A stretch of DNA of 64,000 bases. Origin: Xylographa opegraphella (Eukaryota). The DNA is taken from NCBI GenBank assembly GCA_022813865.1, contig JALDZX010000016.1:372001-436000 (forward strand). The letters are read 5' to 3'. The notes beneath the pieces are model-generated. The model did no database searches and was not told where the DNA came from. It was given only the letters and a program-made list of their open reading frames with translations. Positions within the stretch are counted from its first letter, which is position 1. The number at the start of each line of letters is the position of its first letter. A program made the position numbers and the translations under genes. Positions 25,091-37,661 of this stretch are shown in pieces.

Positions 25091-26426
25091 TCAAACGGCT
25101 GCGCCTGAAATGAAGAACCATTTGTCCATTATACCGTCAATGGGAGCCGGTGGCAGATTTTGATGAGCTGGAACATGAACAGTGCCAGGCTGGACACGAT
25201 CTGGAGAATGATCCACCGTGACATTTTTACTGTTTTTGAACATCAGTTGTGGTCGACACTGGTTGAATTCAGGACTTACAGAGAAATCTTGCCAGGCTGA
25301 GTCTTTCCTGTGATCAATTTTTCCCACGCCTCGGCACATTCACGCACAACATCCATGGCATATCTAGTTGTGTTTATCAGCAGGTCAATATTAACAGCAG
25401 ACTGGCTTTGTTACTTCTTGTTCTTGCACTCCCCAGAGAATGCAAATTGATTCTCGGGCTTTCCGTCCGGGATCTTGTAGATCCGGAACCATTCGTTGGA
25501 AGCCCGAAGCAAACCCGGTAAATGTCTCTCAACATCTTCGATGTCATTAAGCTTTGGGGCCAATGGATCGTTGACATCAATGACAATAATCTTCCAGTCT
25601 GTCTCATCTTCATCGAGCAATGCCATGACACCTAGAACCTTAACTTGCTTGATCTGGCCTGGAGTAGCAACGAGCTCCCCAATCTCGCACACGTCAAGAG
25701 GATCATTGTCACCCATCGCCTTGGTCTCTGGATGAACAACATTGGGATCCTCCCATGTCTGTGTAGAAATAATCAATAATTGCTTGATGCTATAGATGCA
25801 ATTGTATTTACCCGAGGGAAGGCACCGTAGTTCCAGAGGTAGCCCTTGTGAGGGAAGCAATTGCGCACAAAACGAAGCTTTCCCTTCTTGATGTCTTGTT
25901 TGATGGGGTTAAGTTCCTCCTCCTTCGAAATCTGTTCGTCAATGGGTCAGCCAGGCTCAATGTCAAGATCTTCAGATATTGATCTAGTCAAAAAAAAATC
26001 CTCGGGTATGACATTGCAGTAAAAAGAAGCTCCACTGACTTCTAGCTTTCCATTGGTCCATCGAGGGATTTCAACAATCATGTTCAATACCGTCTGTTGC
26101 TCATTCGCATACAGAGGGATATCATGGAAAGCTGAGATCGGAACTCCATCCTTTTCGATGAATATGCGGTGTTCCAAGGTATTGGCGGGGCCAATCTTTC
26201 GGACACTGTAACGAGACATATCAACTTCACTGGTGCTGACCGGTGTGCTTGGATTGAGGTGCTTGGTGACTTGTTGAATCCGAGAAGTCGAAATATTTCT
26301 GGCGTTGGGGGTTTTAGTGGGCGGGGCCAGTGTGCGTAACGATGCCGCTGACCGATGAACGTGCAGATTTCGGAAGTGGCTCCAATTACAATCCAAAATC
26401 TTTGCAGGTGGTCGTATGGGCAGCAT
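25091..26426 (-). CDS. IPP1: Inorganic pyrophosphatase, with upstream ATG 26426 and conserved ATG 26219
   Basis: [43 protein letters not shown], ending [10 protein letters not shown]. Confidence 0.96.
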
Positions 26427-26700
26427 AGAAGATCATATTGGCTTCAACCGATACTTCTCTAGCTTGCGTCTTCGGTGATTCTTCACCCGGCTTGAAGTTC
26501 GCGTCACAAGCCGCCAAGGCCTAGTCCCACCAAAGTTTATGCAAATTGTGCAATTCTTTCACAATAGAAGGTGGAGCGGAAGGACTTCCGCATATTCAAT
26601 ATTTGCCTGATTCATCGATAAGATCCATTATATTTTGGAAGTCCTAAGGAGAGCAAGTATCGCGGCTACCTCTGGTATGCTGCGATCTTTACTTTGTAAC

Positions 26701-27924
26701 ATGACCTCGACACCAAAATGTGTCCCCATTCCTAAAAATGGTGTCGACTATCGAGGGAAGGTTGTCTTGGCCCCCATGGTTCGTTCCGGAGAACTGCCTT
26801 CGCGCTTGCTTGCTCTCAAATATGGTGCGGACTTAGTATGGGGCCCAGAGACGGTCGATAAATCCATGATCGGTACCAACAAGAACTTCAATCCTCTTAC
26901 CTCAACTATCGACTTTACGCGCTTTCCGTCGAATAGCTCCAGGCCCATCCCAAAAGATCAGAAAGAAAGTGTCATCTACAAGCTACATCCCACAAAGGAG
27001 TCTCGACGGTTGATTTTCCAGCTCGGCACGTCATCACCAACTGTGGCAGTTGAGGCTGCAAAGCTTGTGGCTAGTGAAGTGGCAGGAATAGACGTCAATG
27101 CTGGGTGTCCCAAGCCATTCTCTACCACTGGTGGCATGGGTGCGGCCTTGCTTCAGACCCCAGAGCTTCTAGCCTCCATACTGGAAGCACTCGTTAAAGA
27201 AATTGGCGAAGTCTACGAGATTGGTATTAGTGTCAAGATCCGACTTCTGGAAACTCCGGAAAAAACCGAGGCATTGGTCAAGAGGTTGTGTCAGACTGGC
27301 ATCACAGGCTTGACAGTTCACTGTCGAACTACGCCCATGAGACCTAGGGAAAGAGCAATACGTGACCAGTTAAGGATGATCGGAGGTATATGTCGCGAAG
27401 CTGGTGTAGCATGTCTGATGAATGGAGATGTGGCGAATAGAGATCAAGCCCTCAAGCTTGCTGAAGAGTACGGAGTGGACGGAGGCATGATAGCGACAGC
27501 TGCTGAAGCAAACTCGAGCTGCTTTAGAACAGAAGCCGAAGGAGGCCTCTTGCCTTGGAAGGAAGTTGTGACTGAATACATGAATCTTGCAATAGAGGTT
27601 GACAACCGCTGGGGCAATACCAAGTTTCTACTTAGCCAACTCATGCCGGGCAAACTCGAGGCGGCCAAAAGGTGTCAGCAAGCAAAGAACTATAGGCAGG
27701 TCTGTGAAATCTTGGAGCTTGACGACCTGTACGACAAAGCTAGAGATCTCGACGAACGGCTTGGCATCACGCAGAGATCTGGGCAAGGGGTTGAAAGAGC
27801 GAAGAAGCAAAATCAAAGCGCTAGAGCTGCAGGAAGGCATCAAATTGAACATCATGAAAACGACGAAGTCCATGGAATCCTCTCACAACGAGGAATCACC
27901 GCGATATCTGCCATGGTAGTTTGA
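26701..27924 (+). CDS. DUS2: tRNA-dihydrouridine(20) synthase Dus2/Smm1
   Basis: VVLAPMVRSGELPSRLLALKYGADLVWGPE, DVNAGCPKPFS, TVHCRT, MNGDV. The start could be ATG 26677 or 26701. Confidence 0.92.
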   Translation: MTSTPKCVPIPKNGVDYRGKVVLAPMVRSGELPSRLLALKYGADLVWGPETVDKSMIGTNKNFNPLTSTIDFTRFPSNSSRPIPKDQKESVIYKLHPTKESRRLIFQLGTSSPTVAVEAAKLVASEVAGIDVNAGCPKPFSTTGGMGAALLQTPELLASILEALVKEIGEVYEIGISVKIRLLETPEKTEALVKRLCQTGITGLTVHCRTTPMRPRERAIRDQLRMIGGICREAGVACLMNGDVANRDQALKLAEEYGVDGGMIATAAEANSSCFRTEAEGGLLPWKEVVTEYMNLAIEVDNRWGNTKFLLSQLMPGKLEAAKRCQQAKNYRQVCEILELDDLYDKARDLDERLGITQRSGQGVERAKKQNQSARAAGRHQIEHHENDEVHGILSQRGITAISAMVV

Positions 27925-28598
27925 GAGAATTGTTATGGAAAAGCCACCTTCGAACGTTACAATATACCCAAAGACCACCATGCTGTTCAGCAACTTTAGC
28001 AGACCTCCTGTCCCAAGGTATGTTGCCGGCACGAGTACCACAGCTGTCCTCAGGATCCCAGAGTCTTCGGATAAACGAAGAAGAGCATGTCCAAATCTAA
28101 TCGGAATGTGAACTGTTGTCGACAGGCATAACACACCAAGCTACTGCTGCTCTGTTGCGACACTAAGTGTCTACAACTGAGAAACCTTATGCAATGTGGT
28201 GGTTTTACTCTGCTCCATTTGATTCTGCAACCAGCTTGAGCAGCCAATAATTGCTTTTGTGCAGCCAAGCACACCTAAATTAGGTAGCAAATAGGTCTCA
28301 GCAATATTGGAACGACGAGATTTACACATTAGAAATGCGAATCCAGCGGACGTGTTCTGTCTATCTTGCATATCTGCTCGAGATAAATGTTGAGCCCTGG
28401 TCACCCAAACACGATAATAGACCCTGCTACCTGATCCGCAGAATGCATGTTTTGATTATATGCAACCATTGCGCTTACAGTGACATTTTGCTTTTCCGTC
28501 GGGGTTGATGGTTCGTTATAATGTATGGCTCCGACCATCATTCCACGACGCCATCGCTAACAACCTGTCCGTATGATAGAAATCAACGAGGCCGAAAA

Positions 28599-29952
28599 TT
28601 ATCGTTGAGCAAGGATGCCCGATATCCTCAGTGCCAGGTCCATTATCTCAAGATACTCGTCCGCTCCATCGACCAGGCGTTTGTCTATTTCGGAGAATAT
28701 CATGACGACTTGGTTTTTTTGCTTGTCGGGAATTGTATCATTGTAGACGATCTGTTGGTAAAGCTATGCCCAATGGTTAGCAGCTGAAGCCCATTCATGG
28801 GTTTTTTTTTTGCAAAGTCACCTGTGTAACGGTTTGGGTGGCACTCCAACCATCTGCTACTAGATCTGTGACAGCCTTTGCGACAGCTTGGTACACTGAG
28901 CCTTTTGCTGATGGTTGCATTGCCGCTACAAGGTTGTCAACCACATCGTTAGGTATGACGCCTGCGATCTCTTCAACACTTTTGATGGTAACCATTGTGT
29001 CGTTGTCTCCATCGACGTCCATAGCGTCCTCTTCATCTTCCTCAATCCTTTGTCTCTTCGAATGGCCGTTCGTCCGACCCTGTGAAAGCTTTACTGCGCC
29101 GACCAGTCTAGCGGCGCTCTGTAAAAATGTGATGGCCTTGCGGAGATCGCCTTCGCTGCATTTGATGAGAGAGTCCAGAGCCCCAGCCTCTAAAGCTAAC
29201 CCCTCCTTCTCTGCGATTTCTTCTAATCTCTTCTTTGCGTTTCCTTGGTCGAGACTCTTAAATCTGAACTTGCTGCATCGGCTTGCCAGCGGATCAATAA
29301 TTCTCGTCACATAGTTGCATATCAGGCAAAACCTCGTGATTTTACTGTAGGTCTCCATGGTTCTTCTCAGTGCACTCTGGGCATCTTGCGTCATGCTGTC
29401 GGCTTCGTCCAGGATGATAATCTTGTACGGAGGACAGGGGTAGCCATAATTCGGCGGAGGATTCGAAAGCTGTTGACGGGCGAAGTTCTTGACCTTCTCA
29501 CGGACTATAGAAATACCTCGCTCATCGGAGGCATTGAGCTCTAAGACGCGGGACGAGAACATAGCCGGGCCGTAGAGCTGTTTCGCTAGAGCAAGAATGG
29601 TGGATGTCTTGCCCGTACCAGGAGGGCCGTAGAACAGCATATGGGGTAGCTATCAGAGCGTTTAGTCTCAATACTTATAGACATAAGAGTCAAAGCGTAC
29701 ATTGGTTGCTTGGAGAGTTCTTTGGAGTACCGTAATGGTATGATCTTGTGCTGCGACATCATCCAAGCTCTTTGGCCGACTAAAGACAATCAGGGGCTGC
29801 TTATCAAGGAAAGCCAACATCACTCACTATTTCTCTACCCATGGCTGTAATCTGGTATTGTCCTGATCTTTGGGAATTGGACCTTTGGATGAGGAGGCCC
29901 CATTAGTGGCTGCAGCCGCAGCCCGAGCTTTGTTGCTGAAGAAATTTGACAT
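28599..29952 (-). CDS. RFC2: Replication factor C subunit 2
   Basis: [53 protein letters not shown] motif; last exon [10 protein letters not shown]. Confidence 0.95.
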
Positions 29953-30326
29953 ATTATACTCAATATACCTAACAGAAATATGTTCGGTCTTTGCTGTATC
30001 TCAATGGCAATCATGAAACTCGTAACTCGTGGTACATTGTACAGCTGAAGAGCTTTGGATGACGCGCCTGATACGCGAGGTTTTTAGCGTCAAGTGTAGG
30101 ATAGCACTTTAATCTGTTTACGCTCTAGCTTCAATCACTCGATTCTTCTGGACATTATTGAGCTTGGGAAAGTGCTGTGAAGGACATGACTGCGGCCGGC
30201 ATGTTGTCCTATCGACGTTGTCAGTGCTGGAAATCATTCGGTGAAGCAACATTTCTAGAGTATCATTGACAAGTATACTTCATCGGATTGGCAGCCACAA
30301 TACCCGCCTCATGATTCCACCAGATC

Positions 30327-31394
30327 ATGAACAATGACGCCGCAACCTCAATCTCGGATGACCCTCTCGATGGAATCGTCAATCCCGACCTTCATGGTGT
30401 GGGTTTGGTGGATGGTCGGCCACTTGTAGATGACCGAAGAGATGAAATTCGCTCGCAGCAGACCAAGCGGGCCACTTTTCTCGATGACTTTATTCGGAAC
30501 CTCGATATCATGATCTATTGTGAGCTTTCGGCGCTATATTATCTCGAGTGTGTCAAACTTTATGTATGCGACTTCATTTAAGAAAGCTGCTTATTCTTCC
30601 CTAGTTGCTCTCTCTTCCGCTTCTTCCTCCGCTCTCTTCCCCAATTCTTTTATTTCACGCCCAAGCCAGCTTTCTTCCCGTCCGCCCCTCCAAACAGGCC
30701 ATATATAGCCGTTATTATACTCTCGAATACAATCAATATACTCCTACACACCATCTCTGCAGCGCCGGATGCTGGAGAGGCTATGCGTGGGTACATCCAC
30801 GGAGCCCTACTAATAGACTTTATTGGCGAGTTGGGTCCCATATCGAAAACTCGGATGGTGCTGCTGGATCTTATCATCATGGCATTACAGTTCGTAATTC
30901 TGGCTGTAGTCCTTGAGCGGGAAGAACTGAAGAAAAGTATGGAGGGAAGTCTTGCGTCGGCACCAAGCTTGAACGAAGAAGAAGCAGGACCCAGAGGACA
31001 GGACCACGACGCGGAAGAGCAGGGTATACATAGAAGCCTGGCTGGAGAGGCTGGGGATATTGAGATGCAGCCGTTACGGTCGACGAGACCGGAAACAGGA
31101 AACGACTATCAGGGATCAGAAATGGATACTTTTATTGACTTGCCGCTAACGATTCCGGGGTCTTCTGCGAGCGAACATCCACTCGATACATTCAACAGTG
31201 GGCAGTATATCATCGCGAACCTACACATAAGTGAAACGATTCGCGTCTCATATCGGAGGTGGCTCAACGGTGGTGTTGGGATAGGGGCCATTCCTGGCCC
31301 GAATATCTCAAGAGTGACTGCTAGATTTGTGACACCCAGACAGAGAAGTAGTGCCAGAACTACTGAAAATGCTCAGCCAGCTGTTTCCATCTAA
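30327..31394 (+). CDS. DSC4: DUF1746 protein / Dsc E3 ligase complex subunit Dsc4 (2 exons)
   Basis: RNLDIMIYCELSALYYL, CSLFRFFLR..FTPKP, and AGEAMRGYIHGALLIDFIGE motifs. Confidence 0.82.
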
Positions 31395-31529
31395 GCTAAG
31401 CAGTCAGTCATCTTGTATATAGCCTGTCTCCTTCAGAAATCGTTCAGCGCCGTCACACATGGCTATATATTATGCTACAGCCAAAATCTAACTGATATAT
31501 CTGAATCCTTGCCTCATAGCACCATTTTC

Positions 31530-33323
31530 TTAATGACCAATCTTGTTCTCACCAACATCTCCGACCTTCTTCGAACCCCCAATCACCGCCCCCTCCCCGA
31601 CCTTGCGCGGCAGTACCAACACCCCACCTTCATTGCGCCTCCAGAAATCCACCAGAACCCCCGCCGTCTTCGCCGGCAAGTCCTCTTGGATGAAATGCCC
31701 CGCGTCCGGGAACACCTGCAGCTGGTACTTGCCCTGCATCTGACCGATCATGAGCTCCTTATCCAGCCGATCCGTCCCGGCGAGCAACAGCAGCTTTCCG
31801 CCCTTAGCACTCAGGAACTTCGAACTGAGGGCCAGGAACCAGGAGTGCCAGAAGGGCGATGTGGTGGTGAGGTCAGTGCGCCAGGTCCAGGTACGGCGTG
31901 AGGTCTGTGGTTGAGGTTTCAAGAGAAAGTGGGTAGTGATGGGCTCGTCGGCGGGGAGAGGGGAGGAGCTACTAGAAAGAGTGGACGTCATGGTTGATGA
32001 GAAAGGGCGCGCGGGTGGCCGCGCGGATGACGGGAAAGTGGTGGGTGTTGGACATAGGAGAGAGGGGACGGAAACGCGGGCAGAGAAGGGGTTCCGGATT
32101 GTACGGGTGCGTGTGCTGTAAAGAGGGCGTTAGTTTCCATGGGTGGAATTGTGATGGGAAGAGGTGGGAGGGAAGCTTACTGCCATTCAATGCCTGCTGA
32201 AATGGAGGGAAAGGTGGTGGGCCGGGAGGAAAGATATGTCTCCATGCTGCCCAGTGCATCGATTGCGGAGCCTAATCAGAACTCATCAGCTTCGATGTAC
32301 GTCCACATCAAATTAAGGACTCAGGGCCATCTCCCAGCCAGCATACAAGCACAAAATCAAACACCGATATACATACCCTCGACCACATCCAAGACTGCAA
32401 ACCCTAGCACTGCATTGCCCAATTTCCCCGCTTTGGCTACATCCACCACGACCGCCCCACCCAAACTATGTCCGACCAGAATCAACCCGGGAAACTCCAC
32501 CCACCCCATCTTCGCCTGCGTCAGTCTCACCACCGTGGCCATATCCTCACTCAGTACCTCGAGACTCAGATCAAGGACCCAGTCAGCCTTCAATTCCTCA
32601 GCATCCATGGGCTCATGGGTGCCATGTTTGAGACGTTGGTAAGTTGTCTCTCCATGACCTCGCGCGTCTATTGAAAGGATTCCAGCTTCCGGGAGCGCCT
32701 TCCTGATCTCGGAGGCGCAGACGGCGAAGGAGAGGCCGGAGGAGCCAGCACCATGATGGGTTACGAAGAGAGGCCCTTTAGAGCCCGGAGGCGTAAGGTA
32801 GACGTGGTGGGTGAGCTTGGCATTTGGGGTGAAATGTTCGAGATAGAGCTCCTGGGAGAAGAAGTCGCTCCAGGGAAGGGGGTCCAGATTTCTATGGTGG
32901 CCGCTTTCGATTCTGGAGGCGTAACTAAGTTAGAGACATAGAGCACAGAGGTTGCTAAACTGATTGGATTGAAGATACGAAATACATATTACATAATATG
33001 TTCAATCGTAGTCTCTCATGAATTGTAGCAGTATAAACGTCTTTCTGAATACAATAATCAAAATGATGACAAGGGAAGCCAACGAACCCCTTCGGTCTGG
33101 CAAAAAGATGCTTACTCGGCGAAGGCTTGATTGTGCCTGTAGAGCCTGTGGAAGATGCAGAGGAGGCGGACGAAGCGGAGGAAGAGTCATCGTCAGGTGA
33201 CGGTTCAGGAATCAGCTCTCTTTCATCTTCATCTTCTTCGAGCAACGTGCCAGGCGGTAGCGGCGGATTGAAGGGGAGTCCGGCCAATTTAGCTTTGGCA
33301 AACGATCGCTGAAGGTCACTCAT
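31530..33323 (-). CDS. PPE1: Protein phosphatase methylesterase 1
   Basis: HHGAGSSGLSF, GHSLGG nucleophile elbow, LDVVEG, LLLLAGTDRLDKELMIGQMQGKYQL..GHFIQED. Confidence 0.93.
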
Positions 33324-33693
33324 ATCGTGGCTGAGTGGCTGGGGAAGATGTTGAAGAATGATGGGAGAATTGCATTGGGTACATAGATCTATGTCTTTGA
33401 TATGGTAGTGCGAAAGGATATCACGAAACGGGACAAGTTAGTGCTGTGTATGTTGCTCTCGCTGCCGAGGACTATTGTCCATGGAGATATGAATCGCTTT
33501 ATTTTAGACTCTGTTTCTCTACAATGCACCAGTTGCAAGGGTAAATGGTAGAATCTTCGGAAGTCATGGAGACAGGTACTTGGAGGCGACATCAATTCAC
33601 AATTCAAAATACATCAAATTGACGCTCCTGCCGGTATAGCCAGAAGCTCAACGAACTTAGCAGATAAATTCATACTGATAAATAGCATGCTAA

Positions 33694-35576
33694 CTAAAAT
33701 TTCGGCGGCTGCTTTTGCACGCTTTCCTTCGTGCTCCTTAATATCCTAATCTCCGGCTCCATCCTTGCCTGCACCCACCAACCTCTAGTGACCCACTCTC
33801 TCATCACATCTTCCACGCTGAGCCATGACTGATACACGGCGTTTCCGATCCCAGGCCACAAATCCTCAGTCAGTGGATGGGGTTTGGTGGGTAGAGAGTC
33901 ACCTCCCATTCTGTGACGTGAGGTCTCTCCAGGACGGACTATCTGGGCGCCTGTAAATCCATCAACAGAGTGAATAATCTTCCAGCCCCCAATTGCCTTC
34001 TCTGGGCGTTCTGTTAACGCGTAGTCGAACCTGTCCCAAAATCCAGGATGAAGAAGTTGTGTTTCGTTTTCGGTTTTGTCGTACTGCCACAGTGTACGGC
34101 CGTTCGAAGCGAAACCATTCTTTGGAGGCGTGATCTGTAAAAAGCGAGTGACGCCAGTCATGCAGCTCAATGTATCCATATGCACGTTTATGACTTTCTG
34201 TGAACCATCCATATGGGCGTGCAAGTAGTTTAGGGCTTCCGCCCCTGGGTAGTTGGAGCTAGATATTGCAAGCATTCCGAGACTCACCACAAAAGTGCCT
34301 AGTGTAGACGCGACAAGGCCCATTGCAAAGACTCGATAGAGGAATGATTTCGTACGACGGTTCCAGATCCAGGAAGCACCCATTGCAGCAACTGCTGTTA
34401 GTGGAGGAAGAACATAGATAACAAACCGCCATTCCTTATGTGGCTGAAGGCTATAAATTGCGACGAAGGCTATGTTTGGTACGAGCATGTCTAAAGCTCT
34501 GTCTCGCAAGGCCGGGGTAGTCAGGGCCACAGGTATACATAGCAGCCATGTAAGGGGGTTCAGAAGGAGACGTGGAAATGATGATGTGAAATAGTAGTGA
34601 AAGGGGGAAGTCCCCCATTCTGCCGATCGTCCCTGTAGGATGTTGAAAATAAAGCCTGATAATTCTGGCCATAGAGGTATCTTCTGCCAGAAAAAGGAGT
34701 CGCAGGTTACCGTAAGCCCAAGACCAACAGCCAGCCCGAGTAGACCTGAAGTCACTATTTTCGTAGGAGACAGACGTTTATTAAAGAACAACCAAGCAGC
34801 GTGGCATCCAAGCAGGATAGCTATCTCGGAGCGGAAGATGACGCCAATGATCGTCAGCAACACTAGGGCCTTTCGATATTCCTGTATTCCTCTCCATGGT
34901 GGTTTCATAGAGCCCACATAGGAAGGTATCAAACTACGGAGTGCTAAAATACCTAATGATAGTCAATAAATATTACGATGCGGAGCAGTAGAAGCATATA
35001 CCTACTTATTCCAAACGCGAAGAAGTTGGGCAAGGTCCTAGAAGCATAATACATAACATGGAACTGGCTTGCCTGGAAAAGGATATACCAATTGGCCGTG
35101 TCAGAACCAAAAGCATGGGCGATTCCATTACGGAAAGCAAGTATACTGAAAGCATTGTATAATCCAAGTACAGCTCTAACTAGAGGTTCCTCCTGATCAG
35201 TAGAAGCTCTGCAACGTAGATAGTTTTGGTTCGAACCAAGAATCTGCCTATCCACTCCCTCGACTAACCAGGCGAAAGGCCTCGAAAGTCCGGCCAATGC
35301 AAGAGGCCCAAGAAAGGTTCTCGGTACAGACCCCGGAAAGGATAAATGATCATAATGGGCTTTCAGATATGCGTTCACATTCTTGAAAGGTATACCGTAG
35401 GTAATTATGTCATGGGTGGCTTGGATGTTGAAGGACTCCTCCACCTTCGTGTACGGAGCAATGTAAAGGTGGAGCACAATTAACAAAGGCACTAGCAGAG
35501 CTATCGAGGCGTCTACACCATGTCAGCTCTAGATCCAGAGCTCTAGATTATCATCAATACCTCTCAATCGCCTCAT
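33694..35576 (-). CDS. ALG12: Dol-P-Man alpha-1,6-mannosyltransferase Alg12
   Basis: APYTKVEESFNIQATHD, YDHLSFPGSVPRTF, YYASRTLPN, QPHKEWRF, NYPG, MTGVTRF, YDKTE. Confidence 0.93.
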
Positions 35577-35744
35577 TGTGGCGATGTTGAAGACATAGTC
35601 GCTACATAGACCGATGTGTATGAGACTGGTCCCCATGTTGCCAATCTGACACGGAAAGCCTGTGCACGCGCTTGGTCACTACGCGTTTAAGCAACAGCTT
35701 CGTTTCGAGATAACTTATTCAATTGCCATATATTCGGACAGATT

Positions 35745-37201
35745 ATGTCTACCATTCGAAAGTATGCGGGTCTACCAGACCTCGTACGACAATACCTCGT
35801 ATTCACACCCTGCTCATGCTGAGTGCTGTCATAGGACATCGCCCCCGACATCTACGAGACCCCGGAGCTCACTGATGATGCCTCCACACGCCCGGTAATG
35901 AGTCCCAAACAGATATGAAGATCTATGACTAATGGCCCGGTGAGACCTCTACAGCTCTCCGCTCCGACTCACGCAGCTCCTCCTACAAGGGCCTAGACGA
36001 CGAAGCCAACGGCATAGACCGACAGCACTTGGATCCCGATGAGGCACGAACGCACTTCCTCCCTGCGAGAGTCGATGCCAAAGATGTGGACTTCTCGGAC
36101 AGGGTCGATGTAAGACGAAAATCCTACCGCACATCTCATCGGCGCAGGCGGAAGGGCGATGTTGGGGGTGATGAGCTAGGAGATTCGAGCGACGAGGACG
36201 GCCTGACTCCAGAGAGTCTCCAGCGCAGAATAGCACGGCTACATCGAGAAGCAGAAGAACTCAAAGCAGAAGTCAAACGTCGACACGATGACGACAAGAA
36301 AGAAGGGAGAGGCAGCGAACCCGCCCTCATAGGCGATGCTTCTCTTGACCAGCTCAGTCGCGCCATTACAGCTCTGACAGCTCTTGACAACGACACAAAC
36401 CCCAGTGCTGAGCGTCGCCTTGCCCAAAAACTTGGCACAGCAACCAACACCCATCTTTCACCTCCGTCGAATACGTCGCAATCACAAGAGCCGGGTTCGC
36501 CGTCCTCCTATACCACATCCCACGCTCCCACAAACCAATCCGCCCACCTCCTATCGAAAGCTGCCTCCTTCGATACACGTCTCACCCTTCTCGAGCATAT
36601 CCTCGGTCTCGACGCCTTCCCGTTACCTACCCACTCGTCCACGCCACCCAAACCCCTCCTACCCACACTCACACTCTTGGATCGCCAGCTCACCACCCTA
36701 ACTACCAGCTCTGCCTCCTCCCTCGATGCCATCAGAACACAAATCCACGAGCTCACCCTCTCCACAGAAAAGCTCGACGAGGCACGCAAAGCGGCCAAAG
36801 CCTCGCAAGACGCGCTGAACTCCGGCTCAAGGGGCTCATTTCCAGCTGCGCCAACGTCAACGAACATCGGAGTCGAAGACCCTGAACAAGTCTCGAAGAT
36901 TAACGCTTTGTATGGGACGTTGCCGACAATCGAGTCGTTGGCCCCGCTGCTTCCGCCTTTGCTTGATCGGCTGCGCTCTCTGAGGATCATCCATGCGGAT
37001 GCGGCGAGTGCGAGCGAAGGGCTCAAGGGGGTGGAGAGGAGGCAGGCGGAGATGGGGAAGGAAATCAGGGAATGGAGGGAGGGGTTGGAGAGGGTGGAGG
37101 GACTGATGGCTGAGGGGGAGGGGCGGACGAGGGAGAATATGGGAGTGGTGGAGGGCTGGGTACGAGAGCTGGAGGAGCGGGCGAAGAAGCTAGAAAGATG
37201 A
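35745..37201 (+). CDS. Dynactin subunit 2 (dynamitin/p50), 3 exons
   Basis: MSTIRKYAGLPDL, DIAPDIYETPELTDD, VDFSD, ESLQRRIARLHREAEEL, LDRLRSLRIIHADA; coiled-coil C-terminus. Confidence 0.88.
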
Positions 37202-37661
37202 AGATGGTATGTGTGTAGGACGAGAGAGGAGCCGAATGGGTATGTCGAGAGCTTGCTTTGTTGTGGCATGTGGAGCTTTAGGGTCACCAGTAGTAGTGGA
37301 GAGACCGCAGGGCCGGATATCTGGCATTAGAGCTACTTGGCTCTTTGTATCTCGGACTATACATTTTTCCTTTTCATCAACTTCCGTCGCCTTGATGGCA
37401 CACGTTGCCCAACTCATAGTGGTCCCGTTCCTATCAAATATGGTAAGTTTTCAATCAGATACTGATATCAATCTTATACATACTGTATCAAAACAGAATA
37501 TGAGTTTTCCAATCAAGGGATGTACGGTTGTAGCGCCCAGATACATGTTAGAGCGTACATCGTGATGCCCTAATATCCTTTTTTGCCTTGGGACAGCTAG
37601 TCAGACTGGCAAGGTAGATTCTTGTTCGAATGGGAACCGATTTCGAAATCGCGTCACAGGT

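Noticed and set aside
25060..25093. Stop-codon readthrough to a cryptic PTS1 in IPP1 (also checked for G6PD)
   Set aside because: The IPP1 stop is followed by GAA, not CTA, and its extension does not end in an SKL-like signal; the G6PD stop is TAG TCA with no readthrough context.
36136..37287. Antisense ORFs of 104-259 aa over dynamitin, and similar ones over the fucose permease, RFC2 and FUN30
   Set aside because: Antisense shadows of real coding sequence.
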